NCBI GenBank assembly: GCA_963664435.2
Contig: CAXXKM010000001.1
Span: 1,472,001 to 1,536,000, forward strand
Length of the DNA: 64,000 nucleotides
Direction of reading: 5' to 3'
DNA from: Longimicrobiales bacterium
Lineage (GTDB): Bacteria; Gemmatimonadota; Gemmatimonadetes; Longimicrobiales; Gaopeijiaceae
Below, piece after piece: positions 9,203 to 19,190 of this stretch. Numbering within the stretch: position 1 is the stretch's first letter; every line of letters starts with the position of its first letter. The notes beneath the pieces are model-generated. The model saw only the letters and a program-made list of their open reading frames with translations, was not told the origin of the DNA and did no database searches. The position numbers and the translations under genes were made by a program.

Positions 9203-10195
9203 TTACGGCAGCTTGCGCAGGACGGTGTTGGCGAGCCCGGCCTCGATCAGCAGAAGCAGGAGGCCGACCGCCAGAGGGAAGTGAAAGAGCTCGGTGTAGC
9301 GGGTGAAGTTCTGCACCTCGATCTCGGTGGTTTCCAGCTCGTCGATTTCCTGGTAGATGCTCGCCAGGCTCTCGGTGTCGGTCGCCCGGAAGTAGCGCCC
9401 GCCGGTGGTGCTGGCGACCTCCGCCAGGGTTTCCTCGTCGACGTCCACGCGTACGGTGGCGTAGCGACGGCCGAGCAGCGGGTCGTCGACCGGCACGCGC
9501 GCCGTTCCGCGCGATCCCGCCCCGATCGTATACACCCGCACGCCCAGGGCCTGTGCCATCTGCGCGGCGGTGAGCGGGTCGATCTCGCCGCGGTTGTTGC
9601 GGCCATCGGTGAGCAGCACCACCACCTTCGATTCGGCCACGCTCTCGTTCAGCCGCTTGATCGCGGTCGCGAGGCCCATCCCCACGGCGGTGCCGTCCTC
9701 GACCATGCCCACCTCCAGCTCGTCCATGAGGTCGCGGACGACGCCGTAGTCGAGGGTGAGCGGCACCTGGGTGAAGGCCTGCCCCGCGAACACCACCAGG
9801 CCGATGCGGTCGTTGATCCGTCCCGATACGAAGTCGGCCGCCACCTGCCTGGCGGCGTCGATGCGGTTGGGCTCGAGGTCCTCGGCCAGCATGGAGCTCG
9901 ATATGTCCAGCACCAGCACGATGTCGATGCCCTCGGTGAGGATGTTCTCGCTGGTGACGCCGGCGCGGGGCCGGGCGAAGGCCACCACCAGCGCGGCGAT
10001 GGCCAGCAGGCGCAGCAGGGGCAGGACGTGACGCCAGCGTCCGCCCCGGCGGATGTCGGCGCGGCGCACGGCGGAAAGGTCCGAATACACCAGCGAGCCG
10101 CCCTTGCGGGTCCGGCGGCGGAAGTACCACCACGCCAGGGCGGGGACCGCGAGCAGCAGCGAGAGGAAGGCGGGGTCGGCGAACTCGAAGTTCAT
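9203..10195 (-). CDS. batA: BatA-like VWA domain protein
   Basis: FARP, MIDAS DISSSM, DRIGLVVF, GTAVG, LTDGRNN, TGGRYFRA. Confidence 0.9.
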   Translation of the reverse strand: MNFEFADPAFLSLLLAVPALAWWYFRRRTRKGGSLVYSDLSAVRRADIRRGGRWRHVLPLLRLLAIAALVVAFARPRAGVTSENILTEGIDIVLVLDISSSMLAEDLEPNRIDAARQVAADFVSGRINDRIGLVVFAGQAFTQVPLTLDYGVVRDLMDELEVGMVEDGTAVGMGLATAIKRLNESVAESKVVVLLTDGRNNRGEIDPLTAAQMAQALGVRVYTIGAGSRGTARVPVDDPLLGRRYATVRVDVDEETLAEVASTTGGRYFRATDTESLASIYQEIDELETTEIEVQNFTRYTELFHFPLAVGLLLLLIEAGLANTVLRKLP

Positions 10196-11514
10196 CGTCC
10201 CTCTCCGCTCGCGAGCGGGATGACCCGGGGTTGCGCGCGCTCACGCCCCGTGACGCTCTGGCGCTCCGGCCCGGCCTGATCCGCCCCCGCGCCCCCGCCT
10301 GTTTCCGGCCCGCCCTCGACCGCTTCCGGTCCGGCGTCGCCCGCTTCGGGTCCGCGCTCGGCTGCTTCCGGTCCGCGCTCGGCTGCTTCCGGTCCGCTGT
10401 TGACCGCTTCCGGCTCGCCCTCCGTCCGCGCGTCGTTCCTTCCCTGGTCGCGGGACACCCCGTCCTGCCCCCTGTCCCCTTCCGTGTCCTCATCCAGCTC
10501 GGGCTCCGGCGGGGGCAGGGTCGCGTCGACGAGCGCGCGAGCATCCGGGACGATCAGGGCGCACGCGGTCGGGCTCGGGCGGTGTTTTGCGAATTTGACC
10601 AGGTCGCAGTGCTCCATGAAGGCGGTGAAACGATCGTGGACGTCCCAGGCGATGTCGGTGCGCTCCAGGTGCTCGAGCACCTCCCGGCTGGTCATCTCAG
10701 GCGCCCGGATCGCGTAGCGGCCTTCCAGGTAGCGCCGGATGATGTCCGACACCTCGATGTGGTACTCCTTGATGCGCCCCTGTGCCAGCAGCCCCGACGA
10801 TTCGAGCCAGTCGAGCTCCTCGCAGGCGATCTCGTGCGCGGGGCGCGGTGGGCCTTCGGTGACGGGGCCCTCGTCGGTCGTGCGCTGCCGGGCGCGGCGT
10901 GCGAGCCACCAGCCGCCGCCCGCGGCCAGGACGAGCGCGAGGAGCCAGAGGCCGATCGCAAGCCAGCTGCGCGGGATGGAGAGCGGGCCCCGGATGTCGC
11001 GGATGTCCTGCCCTTCGTCGAGCCCGACACTCGCCACCGCAATGCCGAAGGGGTCGGTGACGAGGTCGGTGACGCCCCCGGGGGAGGCTACTCCCACCGT
11101 GAAGCTCGGGATCTCCAGCTCGCCCAGTTCGAAGGCGGTGAGGGTGAGCACGGCCGTGGTGGTGGCGCGGCCGTCGGCCATGGTGGTGGGGTTCACCACC
11201 GCGTCGAGCACCTCGAAGGGCGCGAGGTCGAGCGAGTCGGGCCACTGCACGGTCGCGTCGGGAGCGTGTTCGACCGCGACGGTCAGGTGGAGGCGCCCGC
11301 CCACCGTGGTCGTGGTGGTGTCGACCGCCACGCGGAGGGAGGGGGGTGCGGGGAGTTCCTGGGGGGAGGCGGGGGTGGGGGTGGCGCCCGTCGCCGGAAG
11401 CCCCATCAACGCGGCACAGAAGGCGACCCGCGCCGCACCGGCACAACGTTCCCAGGACGTCATCGCCTCGCCCGGCCTCGCCCACCTCGACATCAACGTG
11501 GCCCACCCCCTCAT
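10192..11514 (-). CDS. membrane protein of the bat operon (position before batA) with repeat-expanded C-terminal tail
   Basis: IRDIRGP then TM, EMTS, CDLVKFAK motifs; coupled to DUF58 and batA. Confidence 0.7.
   Translation of the reverse strand: MRGWATLMSRWARPGEAMTSWERCAGAARVAFCAALMGLPATGATPTPASPQELPAPPSLRVAVDTTTTTVGGRLHLTVAVEHAPDATVQWPDSLDLAPFEVLDAVVNPTTMADGRATTTAVLTLTAFELGELEIPSFTVGVASPGGVTDLVTDPFGIAVASVGLDEGQDIRDIRGPLSIPRSWLAIGLWLLALVLAAGGGWWLARRARQRTTDEGPVTEGPPRPAHEIACEELDWLESSGLLAQGRIKEYHIEVSDIIRRYLEGRYAIRAPEMTSREVLEHLERTDIAWDVHDRFTAFMEHCDLVKFAKHRPSPTACALIVPDARALVDATLPPPEPELDEDTEGDRGQDGVSRDQGRNDARTEGEPEAVNSGPEAAERGPEAAERGPEAGDAGPEAVEGGPETGGGAGADQAGPERQSVTGRERAQPRVIPLASGEGR
10299..10420. 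repeat. imperfect 21-bp tandem repeat, about 5-6 units (GPEAAER-like)
   Basis: Units such as ctgcttccggtccgcgctcgg repeated in tandem within the coding tail. Confidence 0.75.
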
Positions 11515-12389
11515 CGCCGCCGCCGCTCCCGCTCCTTGAAGAAGCGCATCAGGGGCCGCACGTACGGCCGGTCCGCGCGCACGTCGATCAGGTCCACCTT
11601 GCCGTGGCGGAGCGTCCGCTCGAGTTCCTCCTCGACCGCGGCCCGGTTGCGCCCGAAGGCCTCCTGGAAGCTCCGGTCCGAGGTGTTCACCACGAACCGC
11701 TCTCCCGTCTCGGCGTCCTCGAACTCCACCAGCCCGATGGGAGGCAGCTCCGCCTCCCGCCGGTCCCGCACCCGCACCGCGATGGTGTCGTGGCGCCGCC
11801 CGGCGATGTTGAGCGCGCGCCCGAACCCGCCCGCCAGGAAATCCGACACCAGAAACACCACCGCCCGCCGCCGGGTCACGCGCGTCAGGTACTCGAGGGC
11901 CATCCGGATGTCGGTCCCGCTCCGGTCGGGCCGATGATACAGCAGTTCCCGGAGCACCCGCAGCACATGCCGGCGCCCCTTGCGCGGAGGCACGAACTTC
12001 TCGATCCGGTCGCTGAAGAGGATCAGCCCGACCTTGTCGTTGTTCTTGATCGCGCTGAAGGCCAGCAGGGCGCAGATCTCCACCGCCACGTCGCCCTTCA
12101 TGCGCACCCGCGTCCCGAAGTTGCCCGAGGCGCTCACGTCCACCACCAGCATGACGGTGAGCTCGCGCTCCTCCTCGAACACCTTCACGAACGGGGTGCC
12201 GGTGCGCGCCGTCACGTTCCAGTCGATGCTGCGAATATCGTCCCCGTACTGATACTCGCGCACCTCCGCGAAATTCATGCCCCGTCCCTGGAAGACGGAG
12301 TGGTATTCGCCGGAGAAGACCTCGTTCACGAGACCCCGGGTGGTGATCTCGATGCGGCGGACCTTGCGAAGGATTTCGCTGGCGATCAT
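11511..12389 (-). CDS. DUF58 domain protein
   Basis: GMNFAEVREYQYGDDIRSIDWNVTAR, FEEERE, DVSAS. Confidence 0.92.
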   Translation of the reverse strand: MIASEILRKVRRIEITTRGLVNEVFSGEYHSVFQGRGMNFAEVREYQYGDDIRSIDWNVTARTGTPFVKVFEEERELTVMLVVDVSASGNFGTRVRMKGDVAVEICALLAFSAIKNNDKVGLILFSDRIEKFVPPRKGRRHVLRVLRELLYHRPDRSGTDIRMALEYLTRVTRRRAVVFLVSDFLAGGFGRALNIAGRRHDTIAVRVRDRREAELPPIGLVEFEDAETGERFVVNTSDRSFQEAFGRNRAAVEEELERTLRHGKVDLIDVRADRPYVRPLMRFFKERERRRR

Positions 12390-12393
12390 CCGG

Positions 12394-13395
12394 TCACGGC
12401 ACCTCGATGTTGTCCAGAATGCGCGTCACCACATCCTCCGGGGTGACCTCCTCCGCCTCCGCCTCGTAGGTGACCAGCACCCGGTGGCGGAGCACATCCA
12501 TCCCCACCGAGCGCACGTCCTCCGGGGTCACGTAGCCGCGACGGCGCAGGAAAGCGTGGGCCCTCGCCGTCTTCGCCAGGCAGATGCTCGCCCGCGGTGA
12601 ACCGCCGTACGCGATGAGCTGCACCAGGTCGTCCAGCCCGCAGGCGGCCGGATCGCGGGTCGCGAACACCAGGTCGACGATGTAGCGCTCGATCTGGGGG
12701 TCCATGTACACCATCTCGACGGCGTCGCGCGCCCGCAGGATCTCTTCGGGACGCACCACCGGAGTCACCTCGCGCGCAGGCCCCGTCGCCATGCGCCGCA
12801 TGATCTCGAGCTCCTCGTCCTTGTCGGGATAGCCCACCGCGAGCTTCAGCATGAAGCGGTCCACCTGGGCCTCCGGCAGGGGATAGGTGCCCTCCTGCTC
12901 GATGGGATTCTGGGTGGCGAGCACGAGGAAGGGATCGTCGAGCGGGAAGGTGGTCTGTCCGATGGTGACGGTGTGCTCCTGCATCGCCTCCAGCAGCGCC
13001 GCCTGGACCTTGGCCGGAGAGCGGTTGATCTCGTCGGCGAGGATGATGTTGGCGAAGATGGGGCCCCTGCGGGTCTTGAAGTCCGACTCCCTGGGGTCGA
13101 AGACCAGGGTCCCGATGAGGTCCGCGGGCAGCAGGTCGGGCGTGAACTGGATGCGCTGGAAGGAGGTGCGGATGGCCGCCGCCAGGGTGCGCACGGTCAG
13201 GGTCTTCGCGAGCCCGGGCACGCCTTCCAGGAGCACGTGCCCGTCGGAGAGCAGGCCGATCAGCAGCCGCTCCACCATATAGCGCTGGCCCACGATCACG
13301 CGCCCGACTTCATCCAGCAGGCGCTCCACGAAGGCGCTCTCCTCGCGGATCTTGTCCTGGATGGCGGCGATGTCGTGTCTGGTTGAGGTGGTCAT
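12394..13395 (-). CDS. moxR: MoxR family AAA+ ATPase (MoxR proper)
   Basis: GHVLLEGVPGLAKT, RIQFTPDLLPAD, DEINR, ATQNPIEQEGTYPLPEAQVDRF; start MTTSTRHD. Confidence 0.93.
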   Translation of the reverse strand: MTTSTRHDIAAIQDKIREESAFVERLLDEVGRVIVGQRYMVERLLIGLLSDGHVLLEGVPGLAKTLTVRTLAAAIRTSFQRIQFTPDLLPADLIGTLVFDPRESDFKTRRGPIFANIILADEINRSPAKVQAALLEAMQEHTVTIGQTTFPLDDPFLVLATQNPIEQEGTYPLPEAQVDRFMLKLAVGYPDKDEELEIMRRMATGPAREVTPVVRPEEILRARDAVEMVYMDPQIERYIVDLVFATRDPAACGLDDLVQLIAYGGSPRASICLAKTARAHAFLRRRGYVTPEDVRSVGMDVLRHRVLVTYEAEAEEVTPEDVVTRILDNIEVP

Positions 13396-13581
13396 GTGCC
13401 TTTTCGGATCATGTGGATGTCGAATCGAGGACGCGCGCCGCGACGATTCAAGCAGGCGCCGCAGCGACGAATCTACGGCGCGGCGCGTGACAGCGGACCT
13501 GCGCGTCGCTTCCCGGAAAATATGATAGCACAGGCGGCCAAAACGTTGCGCGCGCGCGGGCAGTCGGGGCAACTTGGGGCC

Positions 13582-13923
13582 ATGGCACCATCTGACGGCG
13601 GACACACGAGCGCGGATCCGGTCCTCGAGCAGGCCGCCGGCTGGCTGCGCGATGGGCGCCGGGTGGCGCTGGCGACGGTCACGCGCACCTGGGGCTCGGC
13701 GCCGCGCCGCGCCGGGAGCCACATGGCGGTGGCCGAGGGCGGGGATTTCACCGGATCGGTCTCCGGCGGATGCGTGGAATCGGCCGTCATCCACGCCGCG
13801 ATGGAGGTCATCGAATCCGGCGATCCGCAGCGGCTCAAGTTCGGCGTCACCAACGAGATGGCGTGGGAAGTCGGGCTCGCTTGCGGCGGCGAGGTGGAGA
13901 TCTACGTCGAAGCGGTGCGCTGA
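13582..13923 (+). CDS. XdhC/CoxI N-terminal domain protein (Moco insertion accessory)
   Basis: ALATVTRTWGSAPR, GSVSGGCVE, GLACGG. Confidence 0.88.
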   Translation: MAPSDGGHTSADPVLEQAAGWLRDGRRVALATVTRTWGSAPRRAGSHMAVAEGGDFTGSVSGGCVESAVIHAAMEVIESGDPQRLKFGVTNEMAWEVGLACGGEVEIYVEAVR

Positions 13924-13926
13924 TCC

Positions 13927-14646
13927 GTGAGATCCGCCCTCCTCGACACCCTTATTGAAGCGCAGCGGTCCGGGCACAGCGTCGTCCTGGCGACCCGGCT
14001 GAGCGACGGCGCCCAGGAGCTGCTGAGAATCGGGCCCGCCGGGGCGCGCGAACCGCGGTCCATGGAGGGCGTCTCGGCCGACCAGGTCTACGCCGCCCTG
14101 CGCGCCGAGGAGGCCCGGGTGGCCGAGACCGCCGATGGTCCCGTCCTTCTCCGCCCGTACACGGTGCCCCGCAGGCTGCTGGTGGTGGGGGCGGTGCACA
14201 TCGCCCAGGTACTGGCGCGCACCTCCCCGGAGGTCGGCCTTCCCGCCACCATCATCGACCCGCGCGCGGGCTTTGCGACCCGCGAGCGCTTCCCCACCGC
14301 CGAGCTGGTTCGGGCGTGGCCGGACGAGGCGCTGGAGCGGATCGAACTGGACGACCGATGCGCGGTGGTGGTGCTCGCCCACGATCCCAGGATCGATGAC
14401 CCGGCGCTTACCGCCGCGCTCGGCAGCGACGCCTTCTACATCGGCGCGCTGGGCGGACGCCGCACCCGCCGGCAGCGCCGGGAGCGCCTCGTCGAGGCCG
14501 GCTTCGGCCCGGAAGCGGTAGCGCGCATCCACAGCCCGGTGGGGCTCCCCATCGGCGCCCGCACCCCCGCCGAAATCGCCTTCTCCATCCTGGCGCAGAT
14601 CATCGACGGCATTCGCAACCCGGGGGCGTCGCCGCTGGCGCGATAG
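13927..14646 (+). CDS. XdhC C-terminal Rossmann domain protein
   Basis: LLVVGAVHIA, IDPR, HDPRIDD, YIGALG, PVGLPIGARTPAEIA. Confidence 0.88.
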   Translation: MRSALLDTLIEAQRSGHSVVLATRLSDGAQELLRIGPAGAREPRSMEGVSADQVYAALRAEEARVAETADGPVLLRPYTVPRRLLVVGAVHIAQVLARTSPEVGLPATIIDPRAGFATRERFPTAELVRAWPDEALERIELDDRCAVVVLAHDPRIDDPALTAALGSDAFYIGALGGRRTRRQRRERLVEAGFGPEAVARIHSPVGLPIGARTPAEIAFSILAQIIDGIRNPGASPLAR

Positions 14647-14775
14647 GGCCGCGAGGTGGCGGGAACCGGGGAGGAATGAACGGGGCGCCCATTGGCAGGA
14701 CGGGCGTCCGAGTGCAGGAGCAGCGATGCGAATCAAGGATCCCGCAGCAGGATCTTGCGGCGCGCCCGAGAGCGG

Positions 14776-14796
14776 ACTTAGTTTACCGACCTAAGT
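14776..14796. promoter_or_regulatory. inverted repeat ACTTAG-N9-CTAAGT, candidate TA autoregulation operator
   Basis: Perfect 6-bp arms about 25 bp upstream of the antitoxin start. Confidence 0.5.
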
Positions 14797-14821
14797 TCAT
14801 CCACTTCCGGGAGCCATCGTC

Positions 14822-15067
14822 ATGCGCACCTACAACATGCATGAAGCCAAGACGCACCTCTCGCGCCTGGTGCGGGAGGCCGTCGACGGAGAGCCGTTCA
14901 TCATCGCCCGCGCGGGCAGGCCGCTGGTCAAGGTGACGGCGGTGGACGGGGACGAGGACGGGGCCGCGCGGCGCCTGGGCTTCCTCGCCGGGCACGTCAC
15001 GCTTCCACCCGATTTCGATCGCATGGGCAGGAAGAAGATCGAGGCATCTTTCGAGGGCAGACCATGA
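14822..15067 (+). CDS. Phd/YefM family antitoxin
   Basis: NMHEAKTHLSRLV...GEPFIIARAGRP. Confidence 0.92.
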   Translation: MRTYNMHEAKTHLSRLVREAVDGEPFIIARAGRPLVKVTAVDGDEDGAARRLGFLAGHVTLPPDFDRMGRKKIEASFEGRP

Positions 15068-15450
15068 CGTTTCTTCTCGACACCCACCTGCTGCTCTATG
15101 CCGCGGGCATGCCCGAGCGGCTTCCAAGCGTCGCGCGCACCCTTCTGGAGAATCCCGAATCGGACCTCGTGTTCAGCGCCGGATCCCTCTGGGAGGTGGC
15201 GATCAAGAACGGGCTGGGGCGCGAGGACTACCGCGTCGATCCGCGCCTCCTGCGACGGGGACTGCTCGAGAACGGGTACACGGAACTCCCCGTCGCCAGC
15301 TCCCACGCCGTGGCGGCGGACCTGCTGCCTCCGGTCAACAGCGATCCCTTCGACCGCATCCTGGTGGCGCAGGCGCAGATCGAAGGGCTGACCCTGCTTA
15401 CGCTCGATCCGCTGATCGGGCGCTATCCGGGACCGATTCGGCTGCTCTGA
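15064..15450 (+). CDS. vapC: VapC/PIN domain toxin
   Basis: LLDTH, SLWEVAIK, DPFDRILVAQA, LLTLD; ATGA overlap with antitoxin. Confidence 0.92.
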   Translation: MTFLLDTHLLLYAAGMPERLPSVARTLLENPESDLVFSAGSLWEVAIKNGLGREDYRVDPRLLRRGLLENGYTELPVASSHAVAADLLPPVNSDPFDRILVAQAQIEGLTLLTLDPLIGRYPGPIRLL

Positions 15451-15533
15451 CCCTTGAGCGGAAGGGACGGTCCGGGGCACGGGCACCCGCCGCGGCCCGA
15501 TGAGCCTGACGAAGGCGGAATGAGCCCCGACCC

Positions 15534-16769
15534 TCAGCGCGGCTCCCGCAACTCCGCCGGCAGCCGGGCCAGGAAGGGCTGCTGAACCCCGAGGCTGTCC
15601 TCGCGCACGCCCAGGATGGTATCGCCGCGAATGTCGAAGACATCGGCCGGGGCACCCAGGTCCAGTACGCCCAGGTAGTCGCCGTCGAAGGTGAAGACGT
15701 CCCACAGCGGGCCGCCGAAGCCCGATGGTCCCCGGTTGACGTAGGTGATGCGCTGATCCAGCGTCTCGACGGACCGGACGCGCTGGACGAGGATGAGCTC
15801 CGCGCCGACCTCTATGTCGGCTACCGCCGGCAGCCGCTCGGGCAGGCGCACCCGGGTGCGCAGATCCGGAGGGGTTTCGCTCGGGTCCATGCCCCGGGCG
15901 ACGATGCCGAGGAGGATCTCCTGCTGTTCCTCATCCAGCAGTTCCTCGTCGCGGTCCCATGAGATCCTGCGCACGGGATCGCCGCGCCGGAAGAGGGTGA
16001 CCCACGGCTCGGACATCCAGCCGGCGACGACCTCGTCCGGCTCGCGTGTGGACCAGACGATCATGTCCCCCCAGACCGGAAAGCGCCTGTCCACGGGACT
16101 GACCGGCGACCGCACCACGAACACGGCCAGGGTGTCGAGCAGCGCGCCGGTGACGGCTCTGTGCGCGAGCACATGCCACGGGGCTGCTGCGGACCAGAGG
16201 TGCACGGCGAGCGTCGTGTCGCTGGCGGCCCGCCATTCCGGCATGTACGTCTGCAGGATGTCCCACCGGTGCGATTCGAGGAGGCTGCCGTCCCGGTCGA
16301 AGATGCTCACGGTCTGGTTGATGGCGTCGGGCAGGAGCAGGCGTCCCGCGCCGATGCCGACCAGCCCCACCGTGGCATCGCCGCTGATCTCGCCCGGTCC
16401 GGAACCCCTGCGGCTGATGCGGCGGATGAAGGAGCCGTCCGGAGCAAACTGCCGCACCTCGGCCGCTTCCCGGTCGAGGACGGCAATCGTACCGTCATCC
16501 AGCAACTCGACCCCGGCCACCTCGGCGAAGAGCATCTCGGGAGGACCCTCCATGTCCCCGATGGCGATGATGTACTCCGCCGGATAGACAGGTCGGCCGT
16601 AGTCGACCAGCCGGCCGTGGCGCACGAACTCGACGCCGACGCTGTCCCGGACGATGGGCGCGGGGCCGACCTCTGCAGGGGCGCATCCCGTGGCGAGTCC
16701 CATGAAGAGCGTGGCAACGGCGATGCACGCCCGGGCACATGACCGCGGGTGCGAAAGTGGAAGGGTCAC
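15534..16769 (-). CDS. 6-bladed beta-propeller lipoprotein
   Basis: Lipobox-like LATGC, VRDSVGV, IG..EG, GSGPGE, WDVF...GDYLG, VREDSLGV. Confidence 0.7.
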   Translation of the reverse strand: MTLPLSHPRSCARACIAVATLFMGLATGCAPAEVGPAPIVRDSVGVEFVRHGRLVDYGRPVYPAEYIIAIGDMEGPPEMLFAEVAGVELLDDGTIAVLDREAAEVRQFAPDGSFIRRISRRGSGPGEISGDATVGLVGIGAGRLLLPDAINQTVSIFDRDGSLLESHRWDILQTYMPEWRAASDTTLAVHLWSAAAPWHVLAHRAVTGALLDTLAVFVVRSPVSPVDRRFPVWGDMIVWSTREPDEVVAGWMSEPWVTLFRRGDPVRRISWDRDEELLDEEQQEILLGIVARGMDPSETPPDLRTRVRLPERLPAVADIEVGAELILVQRVRSVETLDQRITYVNRGPSGFGGPLWDVFTFDGDYLGVLDLGAPADVFDIRGDTILGVREDSLGVQQPFLARLPAELREPR

Positions 16770-16827
16770 GTTTCGATCGCCCGGTCCCTAGTTGGAGATG
16801 ATTCTTCCTGGCGAGCCGCAGCGGGGC

Positions 16828-18015
16828 TCAGAATCGGATCGGGGTCCGCCACACCAGGTTGAGCTGGTCGTCGGCAATGAAGAGGAAGCCGAGGTCGGAG
16901 GCAAGGCCCGCCGGAGCAGCCAGCGCGGTCTCACCGGCCTCCAGCCCGGAGCCATTGTAGTCCGACGCGCCGTTGCCGGCGAACGTGCGAATGACTCCGG
17001 TGGCGGTATCGACGGCGCGAACCCGGCGATTCCCGCGGTCGGCGATGAAGAGCGTCGCTCCGCCGTCGACGGCCACGACGGTTTCCGGGAAGGCGAGCCT
17101 TGCACGGACGGCCGGTCCGCCGTCGCCGGTGAAGCCCGGTGTCCCGGAGCCGGCGACCGCGGCGATGATGCCCGTTTCCAGGTCGACTGCCCGGACGCGC
17201 TGGTCGGCCGCATCGGCGATGTAGAGACGTCCTCCCGCGACCGCCAGCCCGCGAGGTGCTCGCAGGCGGGCCCCGGTGGCGAGCCCGCCGTCACCGGAGC
17301 TGCCCGCGCGTCCGTTTCCCACGGCCGGGGAGAGGGTACCGTCCCGGCCGATGCGCCACACGCGCCGCTCGGGCCAGTCGCTCACGAACACGTCACCCGT
17401 CCCGGACACCGCCACGCCGGCGGGCTCCGCGAAGCGCGCCTCGGTGGCCGGCACGCCGCTTGCCGGAGGCACGCCTCCGGGGTCGCCGGCCACCACGGAG
17501 ACCGCTCCATCGCCAACCGCACCCGGCGTCACCCTGAAGATCCTGCCCGCCTGGCCGTCCGCCACCAGCAGGGTGCCGTCGGGGCCGAGCGCGAGCCCTT
17601 CGGGACGTCGCATGCAGGCGGCCGGACCCGTGCATGTGCGGTGATCCACCAGGGTGGCCACATCGCCGTCGGCGTACACTGCCAGGATGCGGGCCGCGAG
17701 GCGGTCGGCGATGTAGAGCGTCCCGTCGGCGCCCAACGCCAGGCCGCGCGGCGAGGACAGATCGAGGTCGGTGGCGGGCACGCGCGCCGCGGGCTCGAGG
17801 TCGTCGGGCGTCCCGGCCACGACCCGCATGACGCCGGGCGCGTCCCCGAGAATCACGATCGGATCGCCGCACCCTGCAAGCGCGGCCGCCAGCACCAGTG
17901 CGAGCCCGCCAACCGTCGCGCCTCCTCCTCCGGGCCCAACGAGCCCGCCGCCCGTCGCAGCTCCTCCTCCGGGCCCAACAAGCCTCCCGCTGCCAGCGGC
18001 CCATCCGACGATCAC
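16828..18015 (-). CDS. NHL repeat lipoprotein
   Basis: LAGC lipobox; repeated P.GLA...LYIAD and GDGG.A..ARL..P motifs. Confidence 0.85.
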   Translation of the reverse strand: MIVGWAAGSGRLVGPGGGAATGGGLVGPGGGGATVGGLALVLAAALAGCGDPIVILGDAPGVMRVVAGTPDDLEPAARVPATDLDLSSPRGLALGADGTLYIADRLAARILAVYADGDVATLVDHRTCTGPAACMRRPEGLALGPDGTLLVADGQAGRIFRVTPGAVGDGAVSVVAGDPGGVPPASGVPATEARFAEPAGVAVSGTGDVFVSDWPERRVWRIGRDGTLSPAVGNGRAGSSGDGGLATGARLRAPRGLAVAGGRLYIADAADQRVRAVDLETGIIAAVAGSGTPGFTGDGGPAVRARLAFPETVVAVDGGATLFIADRGNRRVRAVDTATGVIRTFAGNGASDYNGSGLEAGETALAAPAGLASDLGFLFIADDQLNLVWRTPIRF

Positions 18016-19190
18016 GATCCTCCTCCCTCAAACGGGACGACCCAGAGGTCGTGCTTCCCGCCGCTCAACAACCGGACGTACGCCAACCGGCCCCCATCGG
18101 GGGAAATCGCTGGCTCGCGGGCGCCCTCGGTGCCGGGAACCGGAGTCGCCGCCCCCCCTCCTGCGGAAACCGTCCACAGACGCCCGTCCCGCCGGAAGAC
18201 CAGCCGGCCCGAGTCGGGCGTCCAGGCGGGCTCCTCTCCTGACCCCAGTTCGCGAATCTCCGAACCATCCGGCCGCACCAGTGCGATCCTGCGATCCCTG
18301 ATTTCGTAGTCCACCCGCTCCTGCCGGCAGACCGGGCCCAGAAACCCCGAGTGGGTGCAGCTCGCGGCAATCGGGTCACCCCGAACCAGCCTTGTGAACG
18401 CGATCCACTCGCCGTTTGGCGACCACGCGGGAGAAACGCCGCCGTCGGTGCCGGGCACCGCTTCCGCCTGGGGGGAGGCGGGGTCCCAGAGGAGTACCCG
18501 GAGCCCGTCGCTGAATGCGACACGAGTCCCGCCCGGGTGCCAATCGGGCCGGAAGAGGGGTGGATTCTCCTCGTGGAACAGGCGCTGGAAAGGGTAGTAG
18601 CGGATGCGGAAGAAGCCCGGCAGAAACGGATCGCCGCGCACAGGTACGAACTCGCGTCCCTCGAGCGGCACCACCAGCGAGCGTTCGGGTTCCGGCGAGC
18701 CTCCTCCTTCCCGATCCATGAGGTGAAGCCGGATCTCGCCCAGGCGTGAGGCGATCGGCTGAGCGCCGGAGGGATCGCAAACCACGGCGATCGCCGGACA
18801 AAGCTGACCGTCGGCCACGGCCCATATCTCCACGTAGGCTGCCCGGTCTCCGGCGGGGGACGGCGCCGGGCTGGTCAGCCAGCGTGACGGGCCACCGGGA
18901 AACTGGAACGCCGGGAGCAGTGCCTCCGCGGCCCCGCCCGTCGCCGCGATCTTCATCAGGACGCCCCGACCTTCCGCGAAAGGCGCGAGACCCTCCGCCG
19001 CATACGCCAGCGAGTCGGGCCCGAGCCAGACCGGCGTTCGCTCGTCGAGGGCGGAGAAGGTGAGCTGGCGCGGCCCCTCCACTTCGAGCGTCGGACGATC
19101 CGCCGAGTCGAATGGAGCCGTGGCTTCCCTGCAGCCAAGAGCGCACAGGGCCCCCAGCGCCATCCACGCGCCTCGACGCATCCGCATCAT
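18012..19190 (-). CDS. TolB-like/PD40 beta-propeller lipoprotein
   Basis: ALGC lipobox; PAWSPNG, PAWTPD, PAISPDG repeats. Confidence 0.8.
   Translation of the reverse strand: MMRMRRGAWMALGALCALGCREATAPFDSADRPTLEVEGPRQLTFSALDERTPVWLGPDSLAYAAEGLAPFAEGRGVLMKIAATGGAAEALLPAFQFPGGPSRWLTSPAPSPAGDRAAYVEIWAVADGQLCPAIAVVCDPSGAQPIASRLGEIRLHLMDREGGGSPEPERSLVVPLEGREFVPVRGDPFLPGFFRIRYYPFQRLFHEENPPLFRPDWHPGGTRVAFSDGLRVLLWDPASPQAEAVPGTDGGVSPAWSPNGEWIAFTRLVRGDPIAASCTHSGFLGPVCRQERVDYEIRDRRIALVRPDGSEIRELGSGEEPAWTPDSGRLVFRRDGRLWTVSAGGGAATPVPGTEGAREPAISPDGGRLAYVRLLSGGKHDLWVVPFEGGGS

Noticed and set aside
13921..13929. In-frame TGA between the xdhC halves as selenocysteine or a nonsense mutation
   Set aside because: The stop falls at the domain boundary rather than a Cys position, and two-gene XdhC arrangements are known; treated as a natural split.
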